A stretch of 63,871 nucleotides of DNA, filler included, from Olpidium bornovanus S191 (Eukaryota; Fungi; Olpidiomycota), in assembly GCA_017911155.1 (NCBI GenBank). It is 31 parts of 31 records of this genome, joined end to end, with 100 filler letters (N's around TTAATTAATTAA, not from the genome) between each part and the next. Parts side by side here need not be neighbours in the genome. Positions count along the whole stretch, not along the records: positions 47,968 to 49,279 come from JAEFCI010004012.1; positions 49,380 to 51,133 come from JAEFCI010011785.1; positions 51,234 to 53,019 come from JAEFCI010008010.1; positions 53,120 to 54,896 come from JAEFCI010010608.1; positions 54,997 to 57,004 come from JAEFCI010007549.1; positions 57,105 to 58,380 come from JAEFCI010006379.1; positions 58,481 to 62,761 come from JAEFCI010006317.1; 24 more parts are not named here. One strand, written 5' to 3'. Below are positions 48,852 to 60,880 of the stretch, one piece after another. How positions within the stretch are numbered: position 1 is the stretch's first letter; each line of letters begins with the position of its first letter. A program made the position numbers and the translations under genes. The notes below the pieces were generated by a model that had not been told where the DNA came from, made no database searches, and worked only from the letters and a program-made list of their open reading frames with translations.

Positions 48852-49207
48852 GGCGGGGGGGGGGGCCGTTCCCGGGACAAGCCCGCTCGCGCGACAGCTC
48901 AAGGCTTCCTCTCCCCCTTCTCCCGCCCGCCTTCCTGGTTCGTTTTCCACGTGCCCGTACGCTTTTTTCGCCGCTCGGCGAAAAATGCTTTTTCGGTCGA
49001 GGCTCGGCGGCGGGAAGGGGGTTGGAAGGGAAGGGGGGGGGGAAGTGGAAGGGCGGAAAGAGCCGATGACAGCGGGCCGGTCGCTCCGCCGACCGAGAGC
49101 ACGCCGTTCGAGGTTCTCTTCACAAGCCGCCGCGGTTCCCTCGCGCTCGCATCGAGCTCGCAGTTTTCGGCAAGCCGCGCGCTTCTGTTGGGTTTCCTTT
49201 TTTCTCT

Positions 49208-49262
<55 letters not shown>

Positions 49263-49379
49263 GGGGGGGGGCCCCCCCCNNNNNNNNNNNNNNNNNNNNN
49301 NNNNNNNNNNNNNNNNNNNNNNNTTAATTAATTAANNNNNNNNNNNNNNNNNNNNNNNNNNNNNNNNNNNNNNNNNNNN

Positions 49380-50435
49380 CACCTAGGCGTTGAGCGCTGG
49401 GTAGTCTTTGGAGGTCAGTGATCGCTGGTTTAGTGCGTTATCCTCGGCCGCATTGCTCTGGCTTGAATCGCGCCCGGCTACTTCTCACTTTAGGGTCATG
49501 ATAGGAAGTCACGGGGAGCACAGTCAACGTGTCGTTCTGGCGGACGCAGTCGATCTCGTAAAGGCATTTCCTCGTGAGGTCTGCAACGGCAGCAGTGAAT
49601 TCCTCGTCAGCAAAAAGCCGTCCGCTGCCCCTCTCCTCCTCTCCTCCTCCCGTTCTCCCGTTCTCCCGTCCTCCCTTCCTCCCCTCCTCCCCTCCCCCGC
49701 CCCAAAAAGCGGCAGCCAATTCCTTGTAAGTTGAAAAATACAAGTCCGCCCCTCTTCCCAACTTCCCCCCCGTGCCCCCCCCCCAAAAAAAAACCCCCCT
49801 GCCGAGAACCCGTTTGTTGGGACTGGCCGCTCACCGGCCGACTCGATGTAAAGCTCGTAAAGGTCAGCCACGCCGAGGGCATCGGTGTCGGCGCGCAAGG
49901 TGAGGGTGTCGTCCTCGCGCACGTGGCCCAAGTATTTGTGCAGCTCGCTGGGGCGGATGCCGATGACGACGATGTCACGCTCGAGGGTGATGGAGCTGAA
50001 GGCGTCGCGGTGGAGCTGCCAGGCCACCAGAGCCTTGCTGGCGAGCGAGTCCATGAACTGGACCTGGATGCCGGGCCCGACAACGGCGCCGCACGAACCG
50101 CCGCTGCCGTCGGCGCCTTCGTCGTCGTTGGCGGCGGCCGCGCGCGCTGCTCCTCCTGCACTTCCCTCGGCGGCGGGAACCCTGCGCGCGGGCACGGCCG
50201 ACGTCCCGGGAGCGCCGGCGGGGGAAGACGAGGATGCGCCGTAGGCGGCGTCAGCAGCGGCGGAGGGCTGGGGCGGACCGGCCGCCGCCGCCGCGTTCGC
50301 CGCCGCTGGCGGGCCCGAGGTCTGGGGAAACGTCGTGGTGCAGTAGAGGTTGGTGTGGGTGGTGAGGTTCTTCATGCCGGCGATCAAGGCGCGAAAGGCA
50401 GCTGCCCCTGGGGGGAACTTGGCCTCGAAGTGCAT
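49380..50435 (-). CDS. Divergent PCNA-like sliding-clamp protein with a low-complexity insertion (3-prime part unresolved)
   Basis: MHFEAK..MKNL..[~85 aa Ala/Gly/Pro insert]..GIQVQFMDS..LHRDAF..RDIVVIGI..LHKYL..EDDTLTLRAD; intron from 49834; then RKCLYEIDCV..LP..Y. Collinear with PCNA domain 1 at roughly a quarter identity by eye. Confidence 0.7.
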
Positions 50436-50613
50436 TTTAGCCGACGCCCAGGAGGGAAGATGGCCGGGGGCGGGGAAGACGGAGGGTTAAGGGCAGGGCG
50501 GGGTGGGGGGGGGAGGAAGAGAGATGTGCGTGTGTGGGGAAGGAAAAGGGAGGATGGGGCGGAAGCGTGCGTCTTTCACTCTCCTGCTTTTTTCGTTTGC
50601 TCCTCGTCCTTTT

Positions 50614-50720
50614 CTCTCGCCCTCTCTCTCTCTCTTTCTCTCGCCTCTCGGGCGTTCCCTCCCTCTCGGGCGGCCCGCAAGCGGCTCCGCTTCTGGCCGT
50701 CTCTCGCTGCCTCTCTCTCT

Positions 50721-50785
<65 letters not shown>

Positions 50786-50795
50786 TCTCTCTCTC
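50614..50795. repeat. (CT)n microsatellite followed by (GCC)n
   Basis: Long CT run upstream of the PCNA-like gene. Confidence 0.9.
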
Positions 50796-50823
50796 GCACT
50801 CCCCCGGCCCGGACGCCGCTGCC

Positions 50824-50856
<33 letters not shown>

Positions 50857-51025
50857 CGCCCCTGTCTCAAGAGAGAGAAAGAGGCGCGCCGGGGTTTCCC
50901 TTTTCCTCCCTCCTCGTCCGTCGTTTCCGAGCGTGGTTCAGCAGGGCGTGTCCGCAAGGGTCAGGCGAGGGTGCGGGGAAAGAAGAGGCCGGGGGAAGGG
51001 GAGAGGAATGGAGGGGGGGGGGGGT

Positions 51026-51133
<108 letters not shown>

Positions 51134-51416
51134 NNNNNNNNNNNNNNNNNNNNNNNNNNNNNNNNNNNNNNNNNNNNTTAATTAATTAANNNNNNNNNNN
51201 NNNNNNNNNNNNNNNNNNNNNNNNNNNNNNNNNCTCTGCGCGTTCGGTCGCGCCGTTCTCGCCTTCCTTCAACCAACTCTTCCCGTGACTCTTCGTAACC
51301 TGCCGATTCCGTTGCTGACAGACCGGCACGTGCATCGCCCGTGCGCATAACATGCGTGTTCCGTTGCACCTGGGCTCCCGCCCGCTCCGCCTGTTGCGCC
51401 CGGCCCTCACCAAGAA

Positions 51417-52030
51417 TGGACGGTGGGACGAAGTTCACGTTTAAGCAAAAGCAGAAAATCTGCAAGTATCGCCGCGTCCATCCCAAGCTTTGCCAGTCTG
51501 CACCGGCGGTGTGGGCAAAGCGGTGCGGGCAAAGGAGATGTTCTTGCTGTCGTGTCTGCCCAGTCTTTCTCTCGACAGTGCTGGCAGATGCGGAGAAGTT
51601 TGAACAGGCAGCCGTGAGGACTTGCACAGGAAGTGTAAATCCACTTTCAAACACGCTGCTTTCGAGCAAAACGGATATGGAAACGAAAGGGAGCTGTGGG
51701 CTAGTTAAGGCTTAACAATTATGACGGCGTAGGCGGTCTAGCACAGCTGCTGGAAAGAGAAAAGAAGATGTTGTTTGGATTTGAATCTGTGGCATTGAGA
51801 AAGAATTGCCGCGCATACGTTACGTCCTCAACGATTACGATTTGACGGACAGATGCAATATGGACAAAACTAGACGGTTCTGGCATATGCAAGCCGACAG
51901 CTTGTTGGTGACCAAACAGCTTGAAGGTTGCAAGCAGAACAAGAAGCAGGTCACCTTTGCAATCTGCGCCAACTCTGGTGGTCCCGATATGCTCCCATTT
52001 TGCTTCGTGACATCGACTGGCTGCTTGTCC
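51417..52030 (+). mobile_element. Degenerate pogo/Tigger (Tc1-mariner superfamily) transposase
   Basis: CENP-B-like HTH TFKQKQKICKYRRVHPKLCQ..WAK and STVLADAEKF; DDE_1 start GIEKELPRIR..YDLTDRCNMDKTRRFW..DSLLVTKQLEGCKQNKKQVTFAICANSGGPDMLP. Interrupted by stops and frameshifts; MDET reads MDKT. Confidence 0.85.
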
Positions 52031-53148
52031 ATCGACAAACCGTCGGCCGCCCGCCCAATCGCGCGAGATAACCCGCTTTCAAACCGTCGTTTAGCGATGC
52101 TTCGGTCCACGCCGTCAATGTTACCCTTTCATTTTGATCCGCAAAAGGAACAAATACCGAGACGAACTTCTGCACGACTCACGCCTTTCGGAAAAACCGA
52201 GCCTGCTGCTTTCTCCTCTTCGATAGCTTCCGCGTCGCGCTCCTGGCGTCTGGCGTCGCACTGGCTGTGCTTGCGAGCATATTGAGTCGTACAGGTTTCG
52301 TGAATTATTTCTTTGAATTGTGGAGCGAGATCCCCAGCAAGGAGCCGCGCGTCGCCGCGTAAATTTTTGTTAGCGCAGCCCTGTGGATGACTTTCCGCCT
52401 GCAGCAATACGCGTGAGAGAAGAAAAGGCAGACGCCGCGCGGGGACTCTGTGATATTACGAAATTCTTTTACGTTTGCCCGAGCTGGCCAGCTTGCGCCC
52501 ATTTCAAACGCCGCCTTTGCGGCAGCGCCAACCACCGGCTCCGCACTTAACACGGCAAGACGGGTGCCCCGGTGGGCTTCCAGGCCCACTTCGGGGAAAC
52601 ACCCCCGCTATTCTCGAAATGAGTCTCATATGGCGTAAATTCGGAGAGCAAGCTAAACATGGTAACTCTGACTTTCTTTTGCGTTGTCTTTCCCACGAGG
52701 GATGGACGTGGGGAGGGGGGGGGGAGGGGGGCGGAGCGCAACGCGCGTTCCTCGTCCTGCGCCTCCTAGGCTGTGACGGTTGTATGGTGCCGTCAACTTA
52801 GAACCAACACGATCGTCACCCAACTTTGAGGATTTATGGACACCCACTCAAACACAATACCTGGAAGTTGATTAATGGAATTGAAGCTTCTGGGTGTGCT
52901 CTTCAATTCCCATTAAGCGTATTTCAAAAATATTGAAAACTGATGGAGCTATAACTTGTTGAAGTTTGTCACATTTGGCTGGGCACGACGGATTTTGAAA
53001 CAGACGTAGACCTTCGAACNNNNNNNNNNNNNNNNNNNNNNNNNNNNNNNNNNNNNNNNNNNNTTAATTAATTAANNNNNNNNNNNNNNNNNNNNNNNNN
53101 NNNNNNNNNNNNNNNNNNNCTGGGGAGGGCGCACGCCACGTTACCGAC

Positions 53149-54638
53149 CTTCTCATAATTCGCCAGCCGATTTCGAAAATCCTGCAGCGCCTGCTCCTTG
53201 TCGTTGTAGTTTTGGTAGTCGGGGGAGAGGAGCTTCATGGAAATGTTACGCTCGATGACCTCTGGGTCCGTGCACAGAGACTCAACGAACATGACCTTTT
53301 CGCCAGCCGTGCGGCACAAGGCAAAAAGGTAGGATAACAAGCAAAAACGGTTAAAACAGAAGCCGGCGATTAAAAGAAAAACAAAATAAACGTTGCGGGT
53401 GAACACATAAACCATGTGGCACCCGCGGGGCATAATTGGTTACTGCACCGAGCACGCGCGTGAGGCCGCGGCGGTCATACCTTGATGGCGGGCTCTTCCT
53501 CGCACCGCGCTTGGATCATTCGTCTGCCCGTCGGCGAGGGGAAGACAGCCGAGAGAGTGATTAAATCAGACGCGGACGGCAGATCGGAGCGCCCCGTCTG
53601 GCGGCGGCAGCAGGAAGTTGCGGAACTAAACTCCGCTTTCGGCGTTACCGTTTTCCCACCTTCGCTCGGCAGTGGAATTCGTCGCGTCTGCACACGGGGT
53701 TGGAGCAAACGGGAAAGCGTCAAACAAGACACCCGACTTTGACTGACCACTCGAGGATGAACGCGAAAAAAGCCAAGCAGAGGACGAAAGTGTCCTTCAC
53801 GGTTTTACCATGAATGCCGACTTTCCCGCCTTCGTGGATTAGCCAGTGTATCTACGATGCCAATTTTCGCTCGGAACTCAGCCCGCGGTCCGCAATAATT
53901 TCGCTCGACCGGCGGGCGAGCCCTTGCACAACTAACCAGCTCGTCCAAGCTCTCCATAGCAAGCTTGTCGCGAGTCGTTTTCGCTTCCTCGTTACGGGAG
54001 TCGAAGAACGACGACGAATGGTTCGCCGCAGGCCCTCCCGCTTCCTTCTGTAACCAGGCGGTCTGCCGTCGCAAGTTACCGACGTTAAACGCTCGGGTGT
54101 TGAAGCCCAGCCAGGAAAGATATCGCTTAAGCTTCTTGGATATGTAGCTGGGCGCGCACGACGACTAAATCAGCTTTCCCTCCCCTCAAGTTTCGGCGCC
54201 GATCTGATTCGTGATCGGCGGACGGGCTTCCGTGTTCGTCCCGCAGTACATTGCTGAGCCGGACCACGGCGTGGCGACTGCGAGCGAGTCACACGCGAGC
54301 CCCACCGGCACAAACGCCCACTCGTCCAGTACGTCGGGGCCGGACACGGCAGACGGGGCCCGGCGCCAGCGCTGCGAACGAAACTGCGAAACGACGTTGG
54401 TCCCTGCGGCAAACACTAACCTCTTGCCGCGCGCCGGCAATCCGACCTGATATTTTCAAGACGGGCGTGAGGCGTCAGGAAGCCAGTTGGCGACGAAGGT
54501 TAAAAAAATCTGCCTGCACACCCCGAGGGGCTAACCGTTCGCCGAACACGTTCGGAAAGGGGGAAAACGGGGAGGCCGCAGGACGTACCATCACCACGAC
54601 AAGCTTGAATCCGAGTTCGCTATGTGTCAAGTAGTAGT
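53149..54638 (-). CDS. PFK26: 6-phosphofructo-2-kinase domain (partial)
   Basis: KLVVVM/VGLPARGKS/YISKKLKRYLSWLG..FNVGNLRR, FFD, DATNST.ERR, VMFVESLCTDPEVIERNI..LSPDY..DFRNRLANYEK. Confidence 0.88.
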
Positions 54639-54838
54639 CTGTAAGGAGCAAAACGCAAACGGGCGGGCGACCGCCCACTCGTGCGCGTTAGCCGGTACGC
54701 AAGTAGACAAACCAAGAGCCTGCTGGCTGCTGCAGGGCAAAGCGAACGCACAGAGAGCTCTGCTGGCGCCGGGCGGGCCTCTGGTTTGGGGTGGTGGGGG
54801 GGAGGGGGGGGGGGGGCGGGGGGGGGGGGGGGGGGGGT

Positions 54839-54874
<36 letters not shown>

Positions 54875-55018
54875 CGCGCGGAGGGAGCGGCCGTCCNNNN
54901 NNNNNNNNNNNNNNNNNNNNNNNNNNNNNNNNNNNNNNNNTTAATTAATTAANNNNNNNNNNNNNNNNNNNNNNNNNNNNNNNNNNNNNNNNNNNNCATG
55001 GCCGGACCACTGCAATAC

Positions 55019-56298
55019 CTGCTTGATCGACTCGATCAAACTGCGAGGGAGGTTGAAGAAAAACCGAAACCGCTCCAAGACCGACAATGTTACCCTGACA
55101 CGCTCGGCACGCGCTCGGCGTTCGATGATAGGGGCGAATATTCTGTTGGCGTCATTCGTCAAGGCTACAGTTGGCTCAGGGCATTAACCCCCAACCTGCC
55201 GAAGCAGTAAAACCGGAGCCTCGAGTGCATCGCAAACGCACCAATAAGCTCTTCTGTGAACCGTCGAGTGCCGTAGAGCTCTTCAGGATTGAGATTCTTG
55301 GCCTTCATTTCCGCGTAAATGGCTACCGCGGGATGGAAGTCCAAGTCAGCAGGTGGTTGCATCTGATTTGCGTTCATTACGGGGTCGACCTACTGTCCAC
55401 AGTGTTTTTGGCCCCGACGAATCTGTCGAGATTCTCCCTAACTAGCTCTTTCAGTTGATCCGCGTTTTGGTCCACAGTATCACGCAGGCGACGTGCGCCG
55501 GCTACCAGGTCCTTGTACGACGTGTTCTGGTGCACTTTGGCGAGGAACAGTTCAGGATCGAACTGCTTGTGCGAGACAAAAATGCCGTTTTCTGCGGGTC
55601 CCACGAACGCGCGAGCAGGGCCGGTAAGCTTGGTCAGTTGCAAGCGCAAAAACGCGAGTCGCCAGCACATTGTCACGTGCACGGGTCCGTGATGAACGCG
55701 GGCTCTATTCCGCAAGCGTTCCAATGCAAAAAGCGCTCACCAAACTCGCCCGGCTGCATGGTAACGGCTCGACGTCTGTGTCGTCAGCGAACATACGCGC
55801 GATTGTACAGCCCAACGTGCACCAATTAATAAACTCTGCCTGGCGACGGATCGCGAAGCACGACGCAAGCGCGTCCGCTCGCTTGGGAGTTTAACTCTCC
55901 CCGCCAGGTCCGATTTCGCTCGGGTTCGATGAGTCACGGCACGCGCGGGGACTCACCCCAGGATGGACTCTCTTATGCCGAGCGGGTCGGCATCGTCGTA
56001 CTGCCAGTCGGCAGTCTCCTGCTCGCTGCCCTGGGCCGCAGACAAGCTCCATTTCGACGGCTGCCTCCCTGGCCCATTCGGGGGGGTCTCCGGAGCGTCC
56101 GTCCACACCTGCGGCTGCAGGGTATCCAGACCGTAATGGTTCAGAACTGTGACGGCCGAGAGGCGCGAAGCCGGCGAAAGCATTTCGCTTTAGATTCCGA
56201 ACAACCGATAGGATCCCAGCGGCGGACCCCATCCCTTCCCCCGCCCCGGGTTTCTCACGTGCCGCCTCCTCATACGGCTTGAGCCTGAGGCCGTCCAT
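55019..56298 (-). CDS. SEC5: Exocyst complex component Sec5 (3-prime partial)
   Basis: VLNHYGLDTLQP.W, DADPLG, FDPELFLAKVHQNTSYKDL..L..LVRENLDRFVGAKNTVD, IFAPIIERR..ERFRFFFNLP. Confidence 0.92.
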
Positions 56299-57105
56299 CG
56301 TTGCGTGTCTCGGACTTCCCGCTGTCGCCTTGCTACCGCTCGACGAGTGTGGGGCGCGGGTGCGCCGCGCGGCCCCGCCTTTCTGCACAGAGAAAGCGCT
56401 CCGCGGAGCCACGTGACCCGGCCTACGCCACTCTCCCAGTCCGCCCGCCTGTGGCAGGCGTTACGGTAACGCGTCTTCTCCGTTTAACACAAGTGTGCGA
56501 AGAAGCTGTTCAAGGTCGAATTATTTCCTCACGTGAATCATACCTGTGTTCACAGATGCAATTCACGGATGAATAGATGCCACTCCCTGCCTCTTAAAGA
56601 GACAGAAACTAAGCTCCCTGTATTGATCTGCATCACCTCCTGGGAAAGAGACAATGCCCCCTGCTTGAAGCTGAGCAGCCGAGGTATCAAGGAGATTATA
56701 AACGAAACTGAAACTGCGCACTTGCGGAAATCGGTGCCCACGAAACCTTTGTTGTTGGGAAGTTCGTTGTACCTGAACTCGGAACGAAGGTTGGCTCGTT
56801 TGCGTCTGCAGCTACATTACTTTCACCGCACGTCTCACTTTTCCCACCCCCCACTCCAGGCACTGCCTGGCCCCCTCCGGCCCCCATGCCGTATACTAAA
56901 CTTCAACACAAGCTTGAAAACAATCAGGCTTTCTGTAGGAAGGAAATTTGCCTGAAGTGTTCTCTACTCTGTTTAGAGCAATTACCTCAATTTGGTAAAA
57001 TTCCNNNNNNNNNNNNNNNNNNNNNNNNNNNNNNNNNNNNNNNNNNNNTTAATTAATTAANNNNNNNNNNNNNNNNNNNNNNNNNNNNNNNNNNNNNNNN
57101 NNNNG

Positions 57106-58380
57106 GGAATCGCGATAACTCGCGTTAACAAACGGTATCTGGACGCCGAGGACTACTTGCCGCCCCACGAAAATTGGGACGGCATCAAGGACGCGGCGCG
57201 TGAAGCCGGGTGATCGTTCGTCATGTGCATTTTGTCCCAAATGGGCACTGGGAAATCCGAGGCGCTGCGCACTTTGCTCGGCGACAGTTCCACTGGGGTC
57301 CTCGCAGCATCTCGTGGGCGGCTGGTGAAAGCGCAGGATCCCGTGGGTGTTGGTATCGACGGGCTTTTTTTCGGTCGGGCGGGCGAGGAGCTGACTGGGC
57401 TTCCTTTTCCGTGAAGAATTCTTTGAGGGCCAGGCGGGCGCTAAACGAGTTCCTTGGTGTCGAAGATATCACCAGGCTCGACCGTCTGCGCCGCCGCCCG
57501 TGTGCTGTTCGCCTCGCGCCTGGCGATAAGGTGGCAGCTGCAAGATTACAGAGAGCTGTCGCGCGACGCGGAGAGGGACCGCGCGCGGTGGGTCCGAGAG
57601 GGCAGAGAGGGGCCCGAACCCGCGGACGCGTCCGCGCGGATGCGCGCCTCGCGCCATCTCGCGATCTGCTCGACGTCCATCCCCCATCTCGATCAGCGGG
57701 AAGTGGGGTGGCAAGTCGTCGCGATCGACGAAGGTAAATCCGCAACCTCACGCTTCCTTTTTGTTTCGCCCCAATTCGCAAACTCACGCTTTCTTTTTTG
57801 TTTCGCCCCAACTCGCCGGCTGATAAGGGCGCCAGGTGGCCGATCACAACATCGCCGACATCGTCCAAGGTCAGTTGTCCGGCGTCGTGAGGACATTTAG
57901 GAGTGTGATTGACGGGTCGCAGCTTACCGTTGTTGCCGCCGCCGACCTCGACCCCCCCTCACTGAAAGTGCTGTTTCCCGGCCGCAACTGGAGCGACCGC
58001 TTCAGTGCGCGGTTGCTGATCAACGAAGGCGGCGAGGGGGCACTAACAGACCACCAACTCGTGTGGCTGCCGTCGGCAGACACCGCCGTGCGAGTTTTTC
58101 ACGTCCTGCTGGAAGGTGGAGCCCGGGTCTTCGTGCCGTGCGGCACTGTCGCCGCGCTGCAGGCGATCATCGAGTACCTGGGGTCGAACTTTCCGCACCT
58201 CCGTGTGCTTTCCTTACACCGCGGGTCACCCTCCGCCACCAAACAGAGAATCGCGGGCGACGACCCCACAGGGTGACTGCGGGAACAACTGATCGACGTT
58301 CTCGTGGTAGCCGTTCATTTCCACGGGCTTCTCCATCGAAGGCGGATGGTTCGACACGCTGGTCGCTGTGTTCCCCGCCC
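57106..58380 (+). pseudogene. Decayed UL9/origin-binding-protein-type superfamily 2 helicase
   Basis: VNKRYL, Walker A ILSQMGTGKS (57241), ARVLFASRLA..LQDY, LAICSTSIPHL..VVAIDE (57727), VVAAADL, RVFVPCGT, DVLV and frameshifted PFISTGFSI..WFD. In-frame TGA at 57211 and 58274; GT-AG intron-like insert 57734-57827. Confidence 0.8.
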
Positions 58381-58480
58381 NNNNNNNNNNNNNNNNNNNN
58401 NNNNNNNNNNNNNNNNNNNNNNNNTTAATTAATTAANNNNNNNNNNNNNNNNNNNNNNNNNNNNNNNNNNNNNNNNNNNN

Positions 58481-60880
58481 CATGGAGAATATGAAAAGGC
58501 CGCACCCGTACGACAGAAGTACGAGAACCACAGGTCCTGCGAATGTGCGTGGGTCTCTACGAGTGTATGGGGGCCCACACAACACCTCGTTGGCGGGACC
58601 TAATTTTAGTTCTCCTGTATCATCAGCTGTTGACGCCGCCGCGATCGAGGCGGACGCCGTCCATAGAGAGATAGCGTGCGAAAATAACGTCAAGGGAAGA
58701 AAAATTCCCAAAGCAGAGTTAAGAGCGATAAAGGAGAACTTAATGCGGAATGACGACGAAGCACACTCAGGGTTCTGGCTGAAGGATATTATCATCACCA
58801 TAGAGACGACGACGATGATCAACGGCGGGATATACAACCCGATTGAGATGTACTTATCTGCGCGTGAAAGCAGGTACAGGAAAAACGACTGGTGCAGGTG
58901 CTCGAGTAGATTATTGATGCTCCGGAACGTCGACTCGATGATCCTAGGACGTACACGCCATATACCACTGTCAGTCACCCCGCATCACGTTTTCGCCGGC
59001 AGCTGGGATGCATGCGATGGAAGAATCACCCACTGCCCTATCCTGAGGAATCCGAAGGCATGCCCGTTTCTGTCGTCCGCCGGATGGCCATAAACCGTGA
59101 TGGCGTCAATCTTGTAACTGTGAGATCGCACGAACGACGCGCGCAATTCACGAGTTATGCCTTCAGCCGACCAGCACGCGATTCTTGTCAAAACACCGCG
59201 TCGCCGTATGACAGGCACACCGCAATCTCGACCTACCGATGGAATGGCCCGTGGGCTCCAGACGGGAAACCAGATGCCTGGTGCGCCATCATCCTCGCAA
59301 CTGTGGCTGACGCGCTCAGGTACTCGTCAACTCCCACACCGTACCCGGAATCTACCGTTAACGGTGGTTTGTCGTGCAGGGTGGTGTACACGCCCTCCAT
59401 CTGAGATATGGCGACGACGGTGTTGATAAGGTCGAGGTTTGCCAATTGTCCGTTCACGCCCTCTAAGTTGGAATCGACAATGATCCGGGTCACTACAAAG
59501 CCTATGGAAGTAGGGCCGCGACCAAAGGCAACGTTTCTTGATTTGAAAATTCCACACCAGAGAGGATCCCGAATGATGAATAATGCGCATCTCCCTTGAA
59601 GTCCAAGCTAACGGCGGCCTGAATTGATCCCGAGCGGTACTCCAACGAGTCTACCGTGTTATCTGCGCACGCCCCGTATTGTCAAATATGAGGATCTCAC
59701 AGTCATCAACACCGAGACCGTGAACGCTGGGCAAAAAAAAAACTCACAATGAGATTGATCGGTACCGTGGTACGCTTCCAGCCACGTCTGCACACCCGTT
59801 GCCTGTTCGTCCGCCACCAGGAAAATGACGTCTTTTGACCAAAACTCGTGTTCTGTCGCAGGTTACGAAGGGAATTTGTCCACCTAATGGTTAAGTAAGA
59901 AACTGCAGCGTGTAGTGCTACAAAGGGCTTTTGGGCGATCTGTACGTTTCATAAGACAGGCGAGGGAAACCACCGTTCCGATTCCGTCCGCATTTACTGG
60001 ACGGAGAGGCAGCTAGTAAGTCAGTACGAACCAATTTAAAGCCCGCGTACGTGACACAGAAAGTGTATCTTTACCTGAGACACCGTCTCTGGATATCCAG
60101 GGAGCAACCAGCACCATGGACTCCGTCCCGTCCGAGCGCGGAGCCGACAAAATGCCGTAAGCGTTGACGGCCGGAAAAGTCTGCACCCGAGCGTAATCGA
60201 ACACGTCAGGAACTGAAGGGGTGTATGCCCCGCCACCGGAAATCTGCCCATCAAGCACGAAGACTGAGAATTCCGTGCTTTGTTAGAGAGCTTGGTGCCG
60301 AGGAGAAACCGCTGCGTTCCTGCCTTGAGGCCGCAAGCGAGGAACTCCTTCTCGACAAACCGTGCCCGCCTTGCAGAACGGAAAGACCAAGAAACAATCT
60401 GGCTTTTAGTGACGTTCTTCCACAGAAGGCCAGTCAAAGCGGGCCCGTTGGACTCACAGATCTGCGATGTCGTTTGCATGCTTCCGCGCACTGGACGCCA
60501 CGCGCGATGCAACGGAGACTTGCTTCGAACCGTAGAACCGTCGTGTCTGCCACCGATTTGCCGCGTGGAAAGCACCGCACCGCAATTTCAGCAGTCCTTC
60601 GCTCCACCTTTCCAGAAATTTTTCGTTCCCCCCGAATTCGGGTTTCCTCCGCGCCATTGCCAGAACGAAATGACGGGCGCGTTTGCCCTCCCACCTGACC
60701 CGGGAGCAGCGCGTTCTCCGACACGTAGGTATGCTGCGAGTGCTGGTCGTGCGGCAACACCAGCAGCCAGCACACCGCGACGACGTAAAGGATATACGCC
60801 GCTTTCACGGTGTGCCTCCTCACGAAGCGAGCTATCGACGCCCTTCTCGCCGCAAACTTTAGCGAGACGGCAGTCGCCAT
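58481..60880 (-). CDS. GAA1: GPI transamidase subunit Gaa1 (3-prime partial)
   Basis: TYVSENALLPGQ, NAYGILSAPRSDGTESMVL, EGVNGQLANLDLINT, QASG.PSGAHG.F, IDAIT, RIIESTFRSINNLLEHLHQSFFLYLL..YISIGLY. Confidence 0.95.

Noticed and set aside
52129-52620. Minus-strand frames with SAEPVVGAAA, reminiscent of fungal Crinkler-like or orphan families
   Set aside because: Similarity is limited to a few residues and the frames do not join.
57211-58276. In-frame TGA codons (also 25134) as selenocysteine or Trp recoding
   Set aside because: They align to Trp/Gly or non-catalytic positions and co-occur with TAA stops and frameshifts. Host genes in the window (ARPC4, CCT7) use TGA as a normal stop.
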